Of a DNA stretch of 38,503 bases, positions 37,401-38,503 are shown one piece after another (the stretch's first letter is position 1; each line of letters starts with the position of its first letter). Position numbers and translations under genes: made by a program. Under the pieces are notes generated by a model. It was not told where the DNA came from and did no database searches. It saw only the letters and a list, made by a program, of their open reading frames with translations. The DNA is taken from the NCBI GenBank assembly GCA_038109055.1, contig JAYNIM010000005.1, forward strand, positions 68,353 through 106,855. Direction: 5' to 3'. Source of the DNA: a bacterium (GTDB lineage Bacteria; Margulisbacteria; Marinamargulisbacteria; GCA-2716485; JAYNIM01).

Positions 37401-38503
37401 TGTTGGATAAATGGAAGTGGGGCATAGTGACCAACACTGGGATTTTCTTCATGTAATCTACAAAGAAGATCCAAGGCAAAGGCTATCTGATTTTTTGAGG
37501 GGTCATCTATTTCAATACCTGAACACAGCTGATCAATGATAGCGTCCACCCACACGCTTGAGTCTTTACTGCTGCCTGTTTCTTCGCTTGGTTGTGATTC
37601 TGAAGATGCTGGTTCTAAGGCTGTATCAAGATATCCCTGTAAATCCTCAAGTTGCCCTACTAATTCTTTTTCTTCCTCTGGCGTTTCTAGGATTCTTGTT
37701 ACCTGGCCTACTTTTGTATTTACTGCTTTTTGAGTGCTTTTTAAGCTTTCCATTAATTTTTTCATGGCCTCGCTATCCATTTTTGAGCGGTCTATGCTTC
37801 TTGTATATTTAAATATAACCCCCTCTGTGAAAAACTGATGGATTGATTCTTGATTTACTGTTGGTTTTTGATTGTCAGGTTCTAAAAGCTGGCATAGCGT
37901 CAATATTTGCTTTAATTGTGGGCATGTTTTTGCTAATTCTTTTAGGTCTTGATTTGGGTCTTTTATTTTTTCTTTTGTTTCTGGATCTACTAAGACAAAG
38001 GCTTCTGCAAGAAGATGTTTAAGCAAAGGTGCTCGAAACTCTCTATCTTTTATTTCAAGATTTAAATCACCCTCTAAGAAGACTTTTTGCTCTCTTGCTT
38101 CTTTTTCGTCTGCTTTTCCTGATACTTTAATCACACTTTCTCTACCGCTACCAGACTTGAAATCGCCCTCTAGCAGCATCACGGCCATGGTTGTTTCTAT
38201 ATTTTCCATTAATCTCGTTTGAGCACGGCCTTTGACCCCCGTTTTTTCATCGAACGTTCTGGCTAATTCACTCTCACCCTCTACCACTAATTGTTTATAA
38301 ATCTCAAATTCTGTTTGTAATGACATAGGGGTTCTTGTTCTTAATTCCTCTGCTATGTGCTCTTCTCCCTTTATTAACGCTTCACAATATAGGGCCACTA
38401 TTTGTTTTTCTGTTAAACGGTCTTTGACCCCCGTTTTGTCATCGAACATTCTGGCTAATTCACTCTCACCCTCTACCACTAATTGTTTATAAATCTCAAA
38501 TTC
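34457..38503 (-). CDS. Very large acidic, helical/coiled-coil hypothetical protein; 5' end beyond the window
   Basis: Frame stays open past the track start 38479 to the window edge (EFEIYKQL-VVEGES...); E/K/T/Q-rich; heptad-like segments; no catalytic motif recognised. Confidence 0.85.
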   Translation of the reverse strand, partial: EFEIYKQLVVEGESELARMFDDKTGVKDRLTEKQIVALYCEALIKGEEHIAEELRTRTPMSLQTEFEIYKQLVVEGESELARTFDEKTGVKGRAQTRLMENIETTMAVMLLEGDFKSGSGRESVIKVSGKADEKEAREQKVFLEGDLNLEIKDREFRAPLLKHLLAEAFVLVDPETKEKIKDPNQDLKELAKTCPQLKQILTLCQLLEPDNQKPTVNQESIHQFFTEGVIFKYTRSIDRSKMDSEAMKKLMESLKSTQKAVNTKVGQVTRILETPEEEKELVGQLEDLQGYLDTALEPASSESQPSEETGSSKDSSVWVDAIIDQLCSGIEIDDPSKNQIAFALDLLCRLHEENPSVGHYAPLPFIQHLQEHKDEENFPSATIMDYFKEHGLKTLATIMTSNEIGATLFQFGMMIREAEKNVQVTVDGHTLITTLTYPTSSLEATDIYGNPKEMTPIKIIITVDLNNNTLEKVETERGEEHGDIQECLKKVKTEFEQYQASAEIFQQLSLTSTQPTSNVGTLKKVYDTLLTREKAQNVTSSFHVERLAKTLVEKLSDSSGSTGKHPTAETQEKMKTIFVAEYANYMQGGCQTNPVDTFLARLNDEGDEDKLAGIYQEIFSRAAGMSAKDNLDQRIMALEKIEAICREKQAIKDETQVLKENYESQLLSTMTSLKEITKKNGEGTEAVDRGKTLMREIKALEAELNEDKTTSQTNNEGKKQKLADLNKRYKELKRKAEAERQTAVDTFNHNSRQANSSLKLKVEETEAGLALLPDLTSCTPETVVESFKEFSAQFILTPESMDAYMTYFKGHLDEMTLDSTQLAIIWLNLRQELTEDELTEDELTKDELHILGGFLHKLPIQDVQGVLEVVVGVIDTDAEKQLFFNYFADSDRTGEAITLQHIASLCQLLPHAQRPQTFKSKLRTIMEFAATNAKAKNGPELKDINRQCLGEICACIQTTRSAEPAEQYEYQDELSLILWNHFMTGAPTYEAGQSMCTFIEATMPGWKLSIEKQKELEVYLLENDEFKNMAKMAASKVADAVHQVDLFKPENVFALPLSETGKETVRRQSEAINKEWQTLQNLMKETQEEDVVDSSTHESRVPSQERIEQLEEVIREKQKEIDERLKRKIQNLEQEMEEIDSTTLTVTNPVFIEDDDNEETSETTALVEGVVVEGMTSKTEDPTLITVKAEEEREQEIAAQQEEKATLERQLEELRQKETSITKDGSHLIEWLKGGCQGLEEATLMIRHDNELCLTIREKQISFEFFQALMISMLEDDVGDYLKNMRDLQTMVMQAIGSEANLRAEMTRYLHEQTTLPVYLLQQAEIEGVCLNELANRRVTMRTLYESQ
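35960..36010 (-). repeat. 15-bp tandem repeat, about 3.4 copies (ELTED-ELTED-ELTKD-EL)
   Basis: TAATTCATCTTTTGT / TAATTCGTCTTCTGT / TAATTCGTCTTCTGT / TAATTC on the + strand. Confidence 0.9.
38225..38503 (-). repeat. 192-bp-period (64-aa) intragenic direct repeat
   Basis: 38225-38311 matches 38417-38503 at 84 of 87 nt; truncated by the window edge. Confidence 0.92.

Noticed and set aside
1381..37812. The many 60-121 aa ORFs overlapping larger genes (e.g. 1381-1590, 7070-7318, 13417-13734, 29035-29400, 33201-33554, 37558-37812)
   Set aside because: Antisense or alternate-frame shadows of well-supported genes, with no recognisable motifs.

Overview
Gene-dense, AT-rich bacterial chromosome segment with no rRNA, tRNA, CRISPR array or mobile element that I can recognise. 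In order: a window-truncated orphan with (AQAQAA)n repeats; cyclophilin; ManC; glycogen-debranching enzyme; a 10-gene Mrp-type cation/H+ antiporter operon with three MrpD-like subunits; an unusual FabZ-like::LpxA fusion whose FabZ half lacks the catalytic His; a five-gene type IV pilin cluster including a 913-aa pilin carrying two beta-helix domains; oppABC, ispF, a YIP1-like gene and sppA; an unannotated 33-aa ORF behind a structured leader; an aminotransferase-rlmB-histidine kinase-kinase-murA-dapF-(CsaB::TagA fusion)-pdxJ run; pth; and a window-truncated >1348-aa acidic orphan with a 192-bp repeat. Several operons have sigma70-like promoters 6-9 nt before the start codon, suggesting leaderless mRNAs. 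LpxA together with CsaB/TagA suggests a diderm Terrabacteria lineage (Margulisbacteria-like is a guess, not verified). All family calls come from motif recognition by eye; no database searches were run.
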